This document shows positions 19,524 through 29,043 of a DNA stretch of 64,000 nt, piece after piece. This DNA comes from Candidatus Alcyoniella australis (GTDB taxonomy: Bacteria; Lernaellota; Lernaellaia; JAVCCG01; Alcyoniellaceae), in assembly GCA_030765605.1 (NCBI GenBank), contig JAVCCG010000133.1:12086-76085 (forward strand). Reading direction: 5' to 3'. The translations under genes were made by a program, and so were the position numbers. The first letter of the stretch is position 1; each line of letters starts with the position of its first letter. Below the pieces are notes generated by a model, which was not told the origin of the DNA, searched no databases, and saw only the letters and a program-made list of their open reading frames with translations.

Positions 19524-20099
19524 ATGGGCACCCTACTGCTGGTCATCGTCTCTGCCGTTCTGGTCAACAACTTTGTCTTGGCGAAATTCCTCGGGATTTG
19601 CCCGTTCCTGGGCGTGTCGCGCAAGGTCGAGACCGCCCTGGGAATGTCGATGGCCGTGCTGTTCGTGATGACCGTGGCCGGCGTTGTCACCTATTTCGTG
19701 CAGCAGGTGTTGGTCCGTTTCCAGATCGAGTACCTGCAGACCATCGCTTTTATTCTGGTAATCGCCACCTTGGTGCAACTGGTCGAGATCGTATTGCAGA
19801 AGATCTCGCCGGCGCTGTACCAGGCACTGGGAATCTTCCTGCCGCTGATCACCACCAACTGCGCGGTGCTCGGCGTGGCCGTAATCAACGTACAAAAGGA
19901 TTACGACTTCGTCACCACGCTGGTGCACAGTCTGGGCGCGGCCATCGGCTTCGGTCTGGCGCTGGTGCTGTTTGCCGGCATCCGCGAGCGAATCGAGAGC
20001 GCGGATGTGCCTGAGAGCTTCAAAGGCACGGCCCTGGCCCTGGTTACCGCCGGACTGCTGAGCTTGGCGTTCATGGGCTTCAGCGGCCTGGTGCGCTGA
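19524..20099 (+). CDS. rnfA: Rnf electron-transport complex subunit A
   Basis: 191 aa polytopic membrane protein, NqrDE/RnfAE family. Confidence 0.9.
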   Translation: MGTLLLVIVSAVLVNNFVLAKFLGICPFLGVSRKVETALGMSMAVLFVMTVAGVVTYFVQQVLVRFQIEYLQTIAFILVIATLVQLVEIVLQKISPALYQALGIFLPLITTNCAVLGVAVINVQKDYDFVTTLVHSLGAAIGFGLALVLFAGIRERIESADVPESFKGTALALVTAGLLSLAFMGFSGLVR

Positions 20100-20110
20100 G
20101 GGACGCGCGC

Positions 20111-20968
20111 GTGCTGGCCTCGATCCTGACCCTGACGATCCTGGGACTGACCGCGGCTCTGGGCCTGGCCATCGCCAAGAAGAGCTTTGCGGTCCAGCGC
20201 GACCCGCGGGTCGAGCAACTGATGCCGATCCTGCCCGGGGTCAACTGCGGCTCGTGCGGCTATCCGGGCTGCAACGGGTTTGCCGAGGCCCTGGCCGCAG
20301 GCAAGGCCGAGATCAACCAGTGCCCGGTGGGCGACGCGGAGCTCAAGCGTCAGATCGCGCAGATCCTGGGCGTGGACTACTCCGCGGCCCAGCGCCGCGT
20401 GGCGCTGATCATCTGCGGCGGGACCTTTACCCACGCCAAGCACGGCTACGAGTACGACGGCGTGCGCTCGTGCCGCGCGGCCCAGCTCGTGCTCGGCGGC
20501 GACAAGGAGTGCCCCTACGGCTGTCTGGGCTACGGCGACTGCACCAAGGTCTGCCCCTTCGGCGCCATGGAGATCCGCCAGGGTGTGAGCTTCGTCAACG
20601 AGGAGCTGTGCACGGCCTGCGGCAATTGCATCCGCGTCTGCCCGCGCAACGTGATCCGCCTGGTCGACTACCCGGTGGAGCGGGTACACGTGATGTGCAA
20701 CAGCGTGGACAAGGGCGGCCTGGTGCGCAAGTACTGCGACGTGGGGTGCATCGCCTGCACCAAGTGCGTCAAGGCCTGCCCCGAGGGGGCGATCGTCTTT
20801 GAGAACAACCTGGCGCGTGTCGACTATTCCAAATGCACGCGTTGCGGCGAGTGCGTCAAAGTCTGCCCGACCCACGCGATCATCGACCTCGATCCCGAGG
20901 GGACGTCGCATCTTGCGCAAGTAGAACCGTCGACGCGTCAACCCGATCAGGCCCAGGCCGCGGGATGA
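20111..20968 (+). CDS. rnfB: Rnf complex subunit B (polyferredoxin)
   Basis: N-terminal TM, CGSCGYPGC 4Fe-4S_dom cluster, multiple CxxCxxCxxxCP ferredoxin motifs. Confidence 0.9.
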   Translation: MLASILTLTILGLTAALGLAIAKKSFAVQRDPRVEQLMPILPGVNCGSCGYPGCNGFAEALAAGKAEINQCPVGDAELKRQIAQILGVDYSAAQRRVALIICGGTFTHAKHGYEYDGVRSCRAAQLVLGGDKECPYGCLGYGDCTKVCPFGAMEIRQGVSFVNEELCTACGNCIRVCPRNVIRLVDYPVERVHVMCNSVDKGGLVRKYCDVGCIACTKCVKACPEGAIVFENNLARVDYSKCTRCGECVKVCPTHAIIDLDPEGTSHLAQVEPSTRQPDQAQAAG

Positions 20969-22302
20969 GGCTCTTCGAGTTCCCCGGCGGCGTCCACCCG
21001 GACGACCACAAGGAGCTGACGCGCTCCAAGCCGCTCGAGGCGCTGAGCGCGCCCGAGCTGCTCAACGTGTCGATGGCTCAACACCTGGGCGCCCCGGCCC
21101 AGCCGTTGGTCAAGCCCGGAGAACGGGTGCTGGTCGGCCAAAAGATCGGCGAGCCGCGCGGCTTCATCTCGGCGGCGGTTCACAGCCCGGTCAGCGGCAA
21201 GGTCAAACGCCTGACCCAGGTGCCGCACCCGGAGCTCGGCCGTTGCCAGGCGGTGCTGATAGAGAACGACGGCGAGGACGAGCGCGGCTATCAGCCGCCC
21301 GAGCGTCCGTGGTCCGAGCTCGAGCCCAAACGCTTGGTCGAGCTGCTGGCCGAGGCCGGAGTCGTGGGCCTGGGCGGCGCAACCTTCCCCTCGCACGTCA
21401 AGCTCTCGCCGCCGGAGAACAAGCCGATCGACACGGTGATTCTCAACGGCGTGGAGTGCGAGCCGTACTTAACCTCGGACCATCGGCTGATGCTCGAACG
21501 GCCCGACGACGTGGTCCTAGGACTTAAAATTGTCCGCAGCATACTGGGGGCCAAGCAGGCGCTGATCGCCGTGGAGTCCAACAAGTCCGACGCCGCGGCC
21601 AAACTCTCGGCCAAGCTGATCCACGGCGACAGCGGGATCGAGATCGTAGTCCCGCGGGTCCGCTATCCCCAGGGCGCCGAAAAGCAGCTGATCTACGCCT
21701 GCACCAAACGTCGCGTGCCCAACGGCGGCCTGCCGATGGACGTGGGCTGCGTTGTGCACAACGTGGGCACCGCCGTGGCGATCCGCGACGCGCTGGTCGA
21801 TGGGCGACCGCTGATTTCGCGCGCGTTGACGATCACCGGCATGGGGGTCGACACTCCCAAAAACCTGTTAGCGGCCATCGGCACGCCACTGAGCGCGCTG
21901 GTCGATGCCTGCGGCGGACTGAAGAGCGGCACAGTTAAGGTGATCAGCGGCGGCCCGATGATGGGCATCGCGCTGGGCACGTTGGACCAGCCGATGATCA
22001 AGAGCACCGGCGGGCTGCTGTGCCTGACCGCTTCGGAGACCTTCAAGCCCGAGCAGGGTCCGTGCATCCGTTGCGGCCGCTGCATTCGCGCCTGCCCGAT
22101 GCGGTTGCAGCCGACCCTGATCGCCGCCCGCACTAAACTCGACGACTTCGACGAGTGCCTGCGGATCGGTGCGCGCGATTGTATGGAATGCGGTTGCTGC
22201 GCCTATAGCTGCCCGGCGGGCATCCCGCTGGTGCAGTACATCAAACTTGCCAAGTCCGAGATCGCGCAGCTACAGCGCCGCCGCAAAGAGGAGGCGAGGT
22301 GA
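20965..22302 (+). CDS. rnfC: Rnf complex subunit C (NADH-binding, 2x[4Fe-4S])
   Basis: Start at internal Met (MRLFEFPGGVHPDDHKELT) overlapping rnfB stop (ATGA); C-terminal CIRCGRCIRACP and CMECGCCAYSCP. Confidence 0.9.
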   Translation: MRLFEFPGGVHPDDHKELTRSKPLEALSAPELLNVSMAQHLGAPAQPLVKPGERVLVGQKIGEPRGFISAAVHSPVSGKVKRLTQVPHPELGRCQAVLIENDGEDERGYQPPERPWSELEPKRLVELLAEAGVVGLGGATFPSHVKLSPPENKPIDTVILNGVECEPYLTSDHRLMLERPDDVVLGLKIVRSILGAKQALIAVESNKSDAAAKLSAKLIHGDSGIEIVVPRVRYPQGAEKQLIYACTKRRVPNGGLPMDVGCVVHNVGTAVAIRDALVDGRPLISRALTITGMGVDTPKNLLAAIGTPLSALVDACGGLKSGTVKVISGGPMMGIALGTLDQPMIKSTGGLLCLTASETFKPEQGPCIRCGRCIRACPMRLQPTLIAARTKLDDFDECLRIGARDCMECGCCAYSCPAGIPLVQYIKLAKSEIAQLQRRRKEEAR

Positions 22303-23327
22303 GCCAGCCCGCGCAGCTGTTCCACGCCGGCCCCTCGCCGCATATCAGGCAGCCGGAGAGTACCCGGCGGATCATGCTCTGGGTGATCGTCGCCCTGCTG
22401 CCGGCCGCGCTCTACGGCGTCTACCTCTTTGGCGCCAACGCCGCGCTGGTGCTGGTGCTATGCACCGGGTTCGCGGTGGTGCTCGAGGCGCTGTGGCAGC
22501 GGATGATCGGACGCCCGATGGTGGTCGGCGACGGCTCGGCCGCACTGACCGGACTGCTGCTGGCGCTCAACCTGCCGCCTAACGCGCCGTGGTGGATGTG
22601 CCTGATCGGCGCGGCCGTGGCCGTGATCGTGGCCAAGGGCGTGTTCGGCGGACTGGGGCAGAACGTATTCAACCCGGCGCTGGTCGCGCGGGTCTTTTTG
22701 CTGATCAGCTTCCCGGTGCAGATGACCGACTACGCGCCGCCCGCCGCGCCGTTCGGCACGGGCGCTGCCGTGGACGCGGCGAGCTACGCCACGCCGCTGG
22801 CCGCAATGAAGGAGCAACTGCTGACCAGCGGTGTGCTCGGGCCGCTGGAGCACGGATTCACGCGGCTGTCCGGGATCACCGGCAACATGGGCGGCAGCCT
22901 GGGCGAAATGTCGTTCCTGCTGCTGCTGCTCGGCGGCGCGTTCCTGCTAGTGCGGCGCGTAATCACCTGGCAGATCCCGGCAAGCTTTATCGGCACGGTA
23001 GTCGCGCTGACCGGCCTGATGCACGTAATCGATCCCGCGCGCTACGCCGACCCGCTGTTCCACCTGGTTACCGGCGGCCTGATGCTCGGCGCGTTCTTTA
23101 TGGCCACCGACTACGTCACCAGCCCGATGACCGCCAAGGGACAGCTGATCTTCGGCGTGCTGTGCGGCCTGCTGACCGTGGTGATCCGGCTCTGGGGCGG
23201 CTACCCCGAGGGCGTGAGCTTCGCGATCCTGCTGGGCAACGCGGCCGTGCCCTTGATCGACCGCTACACCATGCCCAAGGTCTTCGGCTCGACGCGCGGC
23301 AAGCCGGCCAAGGAGGCCCGGGCATGA
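22299..23327 (+). CDS. rnfD: Rnf complex subunit D (NqrB/RnfD family, FMN-binding)
   Basis: 342 aa, GTGA overlap with rnfC; conserved 'GVFGG...NVFNPAL' block. Confidence 0.9.
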   Translation: MSQPAQLFHAGPSPHIRQPESTRRIMLWVIVALLPAALYGVYLFGANAALVLVLCTGFAVVLEALWQRMIGRPMVVGDGSAALTGLLLALNLPPNAPWWMCLIGAAVAVIVAKGVFGGLGQNVFNPALVARVFLLISFPVQMTDYAPPAAPFGTGAAVDAASYATPLAAMKEQLLTSGVLGPLEHGFTRLSGITGNMGGSLGEMSFLLLLLGGAFLLVRRVITWQIPASFIGTVVALTGLMHVIDPARYADPLFHLVTGGLMLGAFFMATDYVTSPMTAKGQLIFGVLCGLLTVVIRLWGGYPEGVSFAILLGNAAVPLIDRYTMPKVFGSTRGKPAKEARA

Positions 23328-24109
23328 GGGGCATGGCCAAGATGGTGCTGGTGCTCAGCGCGATCTGCCTGTGCGCGGCCGCGGGCCTCTCCGGGGTCTA
23401 CGCCCTGACCAAGGGACCGATCGCCGAGGCCCAACGCCAGGAGAAGATTGCCGCGATCAGCCAGGTGATGCCCGAGGGTCCGGCGCTGAGCAACGACCCG
23501 TTGGCCGACGTGCTCTACATTAACGAGTTCGACGGCAAGGTCGCGTCCGAACGGCCGGCCGATCTTGCGGGCTGGCGTACGCTGCACATCTGCCGCCGCG
23601 GCGATCAGATCGCCGGGCTGGCGATGGAGATCGCGAGCAAGAACGGCTACTCGGGATCGATCAAACTGATCGTCGGCCTCGACCTCGAGGGCCAGGTGCT
23701 CGGCGTGCGCGTGTTGCAGCATTCCGAGACTCCCGGGCTGGGCGCCAAGATCGAGCAGGGCTGGTTCCTCGAGCGCCTGGTATGGGTCGATCCAAAAACC
23801 AAGGCCGAGCGCTGGTCCACGGGCAACCTCGACCGGCTCTACGTGACCAAGGACAACGGCGCGGTGGACGCGATCTCCGGCGCGACCATCAGCCCGCGCG
23901 CCGCGTGCGAGGCGTTACGCCAAGGTTTGGAGCTCTACGCTCAAGCCCTGCCCAAAATCAAACAACTTTTGAAACCGCAGCCCGAACCGCCCGCGTCCGA
24001 CGCCACGCTCGAGGGTGCGGGCGATACGCTGCACGCGGCGATGCAGAGCTTTTACAGCCGATCGATCGCCGGGCCGCAGGCCGCCACAGAGCAGGAGGCG
24101 GGGCAGTGA
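23324..24109 (+). CDS. rnfG: Rnf complex subunit G (periplasmic FMN-binding)
   Basis: Start ATG overlapping rnfD stop (ATGA): [14 protein letters not shown]...; FMN-attachment motif '[11 protein letters not shown]'. Confidence 0.9.
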   Translation: MRGMAKMVLVLSAICLCAAAGLSGVYALTKGPIAEAQRQEKIAAISQVMPEGPALSNDPLADVLYINEFDGKVASERPADLAGWRTLHICRRGDQIAGLAMEIASKNGYSGSIKLIVGLDLEGQVLGVRVLQHSETPGLGAKIEQGWFLERLVWVDPKTKAERWSTGNLDRLYVTKDNGAVDAISGATISPRAACEALRQGLELYAQALPKIKQLLKPQPEPPASDATLEGAGDTLHAAMQSFYSRSIAGPQAATEQEAGQ

Positions 24110-24714
24110 ATACGCTGGCCAGGGAATTCAGCAAAGGGCTGTGGGCCGAGCACCCGATCTTCCGGCTGGTGCTGGGCATGTGCCCGACTTTGGCCGTAAC
24201 CACCTCGGTTGAGAACGGCCTGGGCATGGGCCTGGCCACGACCTTCGTGCTGCTGTGCTCCAACACCTTGATTTCGGCATTGCGCAAGATCATCCCCTCG
24301 GGCGTGCGTATCCCGGCGTTTATCGTGGTCATCGCCAGCTTCGTCACCATCGTCGACCTGGTGATGAAGGGCTACTTCCTCTCGCTGAACAAGGCCCTGG
24401 GCCTGTTCATTCCGCTGATCGTGGTCAACTGCATCATCCTGGGTCGGGCCGAGGCATTCGCCAACCGCAACCCGCTGCTCCCCAGCGTGCTCGACGGCCT
24501 GGGCATGGGCGTGGGCTTCACCCTGGGGCTGGTGGTGCTCGGCGCAATGCGCGAGGTGCTGGGCAACGGCACGATTCTCGGGGTCTCGCTGTTCGGCCAG
24601 GGCTTCCTGCCGGTGTTGGTTTTCGTACTGCCGCCCGGCGCGTTCATTGGTTTGGGATTGCTGCTGGCGGCGATGAACCGCCTCAATCGACCGCGCTCCG
24701 GCAAAATCTATTAG
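24106..24714 (+). CDS. rnfE: Rnf complex subunit E
   Basis: GTG start overlapping rnfG stop (GTGA): (M)[32 protein letters not shown]..., NqrDE/RnfAE family. Confidence 0.9.
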   Translation: MNTLAREFSKGLWAEHPIFRLVLGMCPTLAVTTSVENGLGMGLATTFVLLCSNTLISALRKIIPSGVRIPAFIVVIASFVTIVDLVMKGYFLSLNKALGLFIPLIVVNCIILGRAEAFANRNPLLPSVLDGLGMGVGFTLGLVVLGAMREVLGNGTILGVSLFGQGFLPVLVFVLPPGAFIGLGLLLAAMNRLNRPRSGKIY

Positions 24715-24935
24715 GCAGCTTGGAGCTGCACAAAAACTCGCACAGCACGACCATCATTGTTCAACGCCAAGCCCCGCGTCGCGCCTACTCAAATATTGTC
24801 ATCACAATATTTAATCCCCACCTTCATCCGACGCGGAGTGGATCGTTGTATTAGGACTAGCGGACTGCGCGAGTTTTGCTCCGGCTCCAAGCCGGGCGCG
24901 TTGACGAAGCTCGTTAAATATTCCAGGCTAGCCCC

Positions 24936-25349
24936 ATGAAACGGGTAGACATGATCCGCTGCACTCTGCTCGATCGCGACAACGACGAGCGAGCTGCGTA
25001 CTACCTGCCCAAGGCGGTGTACGACATGTGGAAGTACATCGTGACGCAGCAGGGCGCTTACGAAATCGAACAAGTGTTGATTTCCAGCTGGGTCGATGAG
25101 GAGGGCTATTCCTACGAGCGCGGTCTGCGCGGCGACCATCACGTGGAGCCGGTGGTTGAGGTCTGTTTAAACGTGCGCCGCATGGCCGAGGAGGACGAAG
25201 CCAAGCCGACCATGCGCTACATTGCCGCCTCGCGCTTTGACAAGGCGCTGGAATACCTCAAGAGCTCGGGCCTCGATCAGATCACGTTCGATGGCAGCGA
25301 GGTCACACGCGGCTACTTTTTGGTGGTCGAGGAACTGCCTCTGCCTTGA
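24936..25349 (+). CDS. Hypothetical protein (137 aa)
   Basis: Coherent codon usage, preceded by AT-richer region containing a 9-bp inverted repeat; no recognisable motif. Confidence 0.45.
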   Translation: MKRVDMIRCTLLDRDNDERAAYYLPKAVYDMWKYIVTQQGAYEIEQVLISSWVDEEGYSYERGLRGDHHVEPVVEVCLNVRRMAEEDEAKPTMRYIAASRFDKALEYLKSSGLDQITFDGSEVTRGYFLVVEELPLP

Positions 25350-25411
25350 TGGCCACCTTGGGCAGGGGCTAGAATACACAGAATATTCCGATTGTCTGAA
25401 AGGTACCTCTG

Positions 25412-26236
25412 ATGTCAGCTATGTACCGGCCGTTCACCTATGCGGCGCTGATGGCTCTATGCGTGCTATTCATCTTCAGCGGACTGGGCTGCAGCAAGGC
25501 CGGTCCGCGTTACGACGAGGTGTTCAGCTCGGGCCAAGCGTTCGTCAAGCTGTGCCACGACGTGGACAAGCTCGAGGCGATCGTGCCGCTGGGCATGGAG
25601 CATCCCTACGAGATCGACGCCGAACACCTGGCGTTTGTGCTCGAGCAGGTGACGTTTCAGGAGTACGGATTTTTAAAGTGGCGCGACCGCGGCCGCCTGT
25701 TCTACGACGAGGAGGTCGCGGAGTTGGCCCAGCCGCTGAGCCAGGCCCTGGCCCAGGCCGGTCCGGACCAGGTGATTGTCTTCCGCAGCTCGGCGCGCAA
25801 GCGCGATCTGCTGCTGCCCACCAATCGGCTGACCAGCGGCATGCTGTTCCACTCCGGCGGCGAGCTGCAACTGGTGATCGGCAACCTCAATTGGGAGCAG
25901 ATCGATCCGGACGCCGAGTACTATCAGGACGACCCGCGCGAACGAACGCTGCTCACGCCCTACCGGCTGGTCGTCGACGAGCTGATGACCCGGCCGCCGG
26001 TGGACAAGAACGAGCGTCTTCTCAAGCGCGAGCACAACAACTGGCTGCAGTTCGACGTCCAGGCGCTGCTGGCGCTAGCCCAGCCCGAGGAGGAACCTGC
26101 GTCGCCTGTGGTTGTCGTACCTGTGGCGCCCAATGTGGAGCAGCGACTGCAAACACTCAAGGAGCTGTACGAGCAGGAGTTGATCACCCAAGAGGAGTAC
26201 GAGCAGAAGCGGCAGGAGATTCTCGACGAGCTGTGA
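25412..26236 (+). CDS. Lipoprotein with C-terminal SHOCT domain
   Basis: Signal peptide + LGCS lipobox; C-terminal 'LKELYEQELITQEEYEQKRQEIL' matches SHOCT (short C-terminal domain) consensus. Confidence 0.6.
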   Translation: MSAMYRPFTYAALMALCVLFIFSGLGCSKAGPRYDEVFSSGQAFVKLCHDVDKLEAIVPLGMEHPYEIDAEHLAFVLEQVTFQEYGFLKWRDRGRLFYDEEVAELAQPLSQALAQAGPDQVIVFRSSARKRDLLLPTNRLTSGMLFHSGGELQLVIGNLNWEQIDPDAEYYQDDPRERTLLTPYRLVVDELMTRPPVDKNERLLKREHNNWLQFDVQALLALAQPEEEPASPVVVVPVAPNVEQRLQTLKELYEQELITQEEYEQKRQEILDEL

Positions 26237-26257
26237 GACGCGCAGCGTAGGATTGCG

Positions 26258-27397
26258 ATGAACACCAATCGACCGACATTCGCCAACATCGACCTCAGTG
26301 CGCTGGAGCACAACTACCGTGCGATCCGCGAACGGATCGGCCCCGACGTGGGAATGATGGCGATCGTCAAGGCCAATGCTTACGGTCACGGAGCGGTGCC
26401 GATTGCCTCGAACCTCGAGCGGTTGGGCGCCGACGCGTTTGGCGTAGCGTTTGCCGAGGAGGGGATCGAGCTGCGCGAGGGCGGCATCACGCGGCCGATC
26501 GTGGTCCTGGGCGGGCTGTACTTCGGCGAGACGGGCAAGGCGGTGAAGTACGGCCTGACCCCGGTCGTGCACTCGCTGGAGAACGCACGCTCGTTGGCGC
26601 TGCAGGCTGCGGAGCTCGGCGTGCGACTGGACGTCCACGTCAAGATCGACACCGGGATGAACCGCATCGGCCTGCGCGCGCCGGATTGCGTGGACGAGGT
26701 GCTGCACATCGCGGCGCTGGGCAGCCTGCGCGTGCAGGGGCTGCTGAGCCATCTGGCCACGGTCGAGCCGGACTTCGGTGGTCCGGGAAAAAATCAGCAC
26801 GAGCTGTTTATCGAGACGATCGGCCTGCTCGCCGAACGCGGCCTGACCCCGCCGCTGGTGCATATGGACAATTCGATGGGCGTGATGGCCGCGCCCCACG
26901 AGCGTTTCGTGATGGTGCGGCCGGGGCTCTCGCTTTACGGCGCGTGGGCCGATCCGGCATTTGTCGGCAGCATGGACCTACGTCCCGTAATGAGCCTGAC
27001 CACCGAGATCGTGCATCTCAAGACAGTGCCCCCCGGATCGCCGATCAGTTACGGCGGAACTTTCGTTACCAAGCGCGAATCACGGATCGCCACGATCCCC
27101 ATGGGCTACGCCGACGGCCTGCCGCGCAATCTGGGCAACCGCGGCGAGGCGCTGGTGCGCGGGCGGCGCGCGCCGATCGCCGGAGCGGTCTGCATGGACA
27201 TGGCGATGCTCGACGTCAGCGACGTGCCCGATGTGCGGCGTGGCGACCGAGCCGTGCTGATCGGCTCCCAGGGCGACCAGCGGATCACGGCCGACGATTG
27301 GGCGCGGGCGCTGGACACGATCTCCTACGAGGTCTTCTGCAACATCGGCTCGCGGGTCTCGCGGCTCTACGTGCAGAGCGACAGCGCGGAGCTTTAA
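26258..27397 (+). CDS. alr: Alanine racemase
   Basis: 379 aa; PLP-lysine block 'AIVKANAYGHG', C-terminal 'YEVFCNIGSRV'. Confidence 0.9.
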   Translation: MNTNRPTFANIDLSALEHNYRAIRERIGPDVGMMAIVKANAYGHGAVPIASNLERLGADAFGVAFAEEGIELREGGITRPIVVLGGLYFGETGKAVKYGLTPVVHSLENARSLALQAAELGVRLDVHVKIDTGMNRIGLRAPDCVDEVLHIAALGSLRVQGLLSHLATVEPDFGGPGKNQHELFIETIGLLAERGLTPPLVHMDNSMGVMAAPHERFVMVRPGLSLYGAWADPAFVGSMDLRPVMSLTTEIVHLKTVPPGSPISYGGTFVTKRESRIATIPMGYADGLPRNLGNRGEALVRGRRAPIAGAVCMDMAMLDVSDVPDVRRGDRAVLIGSQGDQRITADDWARALDTISYEVFCNIGSRVSRLYVQSDSAEL

Positions 27398-28168
27398 TTG
27401 CTGAGGCCAATCGAGGCTCTGGGCAAGGCCCTGATCGACATGGTCGAGCAGGTCGGCCAGATCGGCATCGTGTTTCTCTGGACCCTCTATTGGTTGTTCC
27501 GTCCGCCGTACCGCCTGCGCCTGCTGGTTCGACAGTTCGATTTCGTCGGCGTGGGATCGATCTTCATCATCACACTCAGCGCGGTGTTCACCGGCGCGGT
27601 GTTCAGCCTGCAAAGCAGCTACGCCTTTCGGATGTTCGAGGCCAACACGATGATCGGCCCCACGGTGGTGCTCTCGTTGACCCGCGAACTAGGACCGGTG
27701 CTCGCGGCGCTGATGATCGCCGGCCGCTGCGGATCGTCGATGGCCGCCGAGCTGGGCACGATGCGCGTTACCGACCAGATCGACGCGTTGGAGTCGATGG
27801 CCGTCAACCCGATACATTACCTGGTCGTGCCGCGAGTGGTGGCCAGCGTGGTGATGATGCCGATCCTGGCCTCGTTGTTCGACTTCGCGGGCACCATCGG
27901 CAGCTATTTCGTTTGCACCAATCTACTGGGCCTAAGCGCGGTGGAGTTTCTCAACGACGTGATTTACTACGTGGACGTGGACGACTATTACAACGGGATT
28001 ATCAAGGCCGGATTCTTCGGTTTGATAATCTCTGTAATCGGTTGCTACAAAGGCTATTATGTCGAGGGCGGCGCCGCGGGCGTGGGTCGTGCAACGACCC
28101 AGAGCGTGGTGATCGCCTCGGTGACAGTGCTGGTTTCGGATTACTTTCTCAGCGCATTATTGTTTTAA
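27398..28168 (+). CDS. mlaE: Mla ABC transporter permease MlaE
   Basis: 256 aa, MlaE/Ttg2B family conserved blocks (FDFVGVGSIFII..., MRVTDQIDALE). Confidence 0.85.
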   Translation: MLRPIEALGKALIDMVEQVGQIGIVFLWTLYWLFRPPYRLRLLVRQFDFVGVGSIFIITLSAVFTGAVFSLQSSYAFRMFEANTMIGPTVVLSLTRELGPVLAALMIAGRCGSSMAAELGTMRVTDQIDALESMAVNPIHYLVVPRVVASVVMMPILASLFDFAGTIGSYFVCTNLLGLSAVEFLNDVIYYVDVDDYYNGIIKAGFFGLIISVIGCYKGYYVEGGAAGVGRATTQSVVIASVTVLVSDYFLSALLF

Positions 28169-28179
28169 GGCAGGGCAAG

Positions 28180-29043
28180 ATGGGCATGAGCGAACCACGC
28201 AGCCGCGACAACATTATCGAGCTGATCGAGCTTGAGAAGAGTTTCGGCGACAAGCGTGTGCTCAACAAGCTGAGCCTCGAGATCCCGCGCGGCTCGATCA
28301 CGATTTTGCTCGGCCGTTCCGGCGGGGGCAAGTCGGTAACGCTCAAGCACATCATCGGCCTGTTGCGGCCCGACAGCGGCCGGGTGCTGATCGACGGCGA
28401 GGAGATCACCGACCTGGCGCCGACCGAGATCAACCGCGTGCGGCGTAAGTTCGGCGTGCTGTTCCAGGGCGCGGCGCTGTTCGACTCGATGAGCGTCGGC
28501 GAGAACGTGGCCTTTCCGCTGATCGAACACGCGCGGCTGTCGCGGGCCAAGGTCGCCGAGAAAGTGGCCCAGGCCCTGTCCAACGTCGGCCTGGCCGGGG
28601 TGGAAGCGATGTGGCCCTCGAACCTCTCCGGCGGCATGGCCAAGCGGGTGGGGCTGGCGCGGGCCATGGTGCTCGAGCCCGAGATCATCCTCTTCGACGA
28701 GCCGACCAGCGGCCTGGACCCGCTGATGGCCGACGCGATCTACAAGCTGATCTCGGATACCCAGCACCGCAACAACCTGACCAATTTTATCATCTCCCAC
28801 GATGTGCAGCTGGCGATGACCATCGCCGACAAGATCGCGCTGATCCACGAGGGACGGATCATCGAGCAGGGCGACCCGCAGAGCTTCAGACTCTCGACAA
28901 ACCCCTATGTGCGGCAATTCCTCGAGGGCAGCAGCACGGGGCCGATCGACGTGGTTGCCGAGTCCAAGGGCCTCGACGGTAAAACCCCGTTGCCGCTGGA
29001 CGCCGAGCAGGCAATCCGCGAACACGCTGAGGGACCGCGATGA
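28180..29043 (+). CDS. mlaF: Mla ABC transporter ATP-binding protein MlaF
   Basis: Internal start of long artefactual frame 26686..29043: MGMSEPRS...; Walker A 'GRSGGGKS', signature 'LSGGMAKRV', Walker B 'ILFDEPTSGLD'. Confidence 0.85.
   Translation: MGMSEPRSRDNIIELIELEKSFGDKRVLNKLSLEIPRGSITILLGRSGGGKSVTLKHIIGLLRPDSGRVLIDGEEITDLAPTEINRVRRKFGVLFQGAALFDSMSVGENVAFPLIEHARLSRAKVAEKVAQALSNVGLAGVEAMWPSNLSGGMAKRVGLARAMVLEPEIILFDEPTSGLDPLMADAIYKLISDTQHRNNLTNFIISHDVQLAMTIADKIALIHEGRIIEQGDPQSFRLSTNPYVRQFLEGSSTGPIDVVAESKGLDGKTPLPLDAEQAIREHAEGPR

Noticed and set aside
26686-29043. 785-aa ORF spanning alr, mlaE and mlaF
   Set aside because: This is a frame artefact. The real mlaF starts at the internal ATG at 28180 (MGMSEPRS…) with Walker A immediately following. 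The upstream part is an out-of-frame read-through of alr and mlaE.
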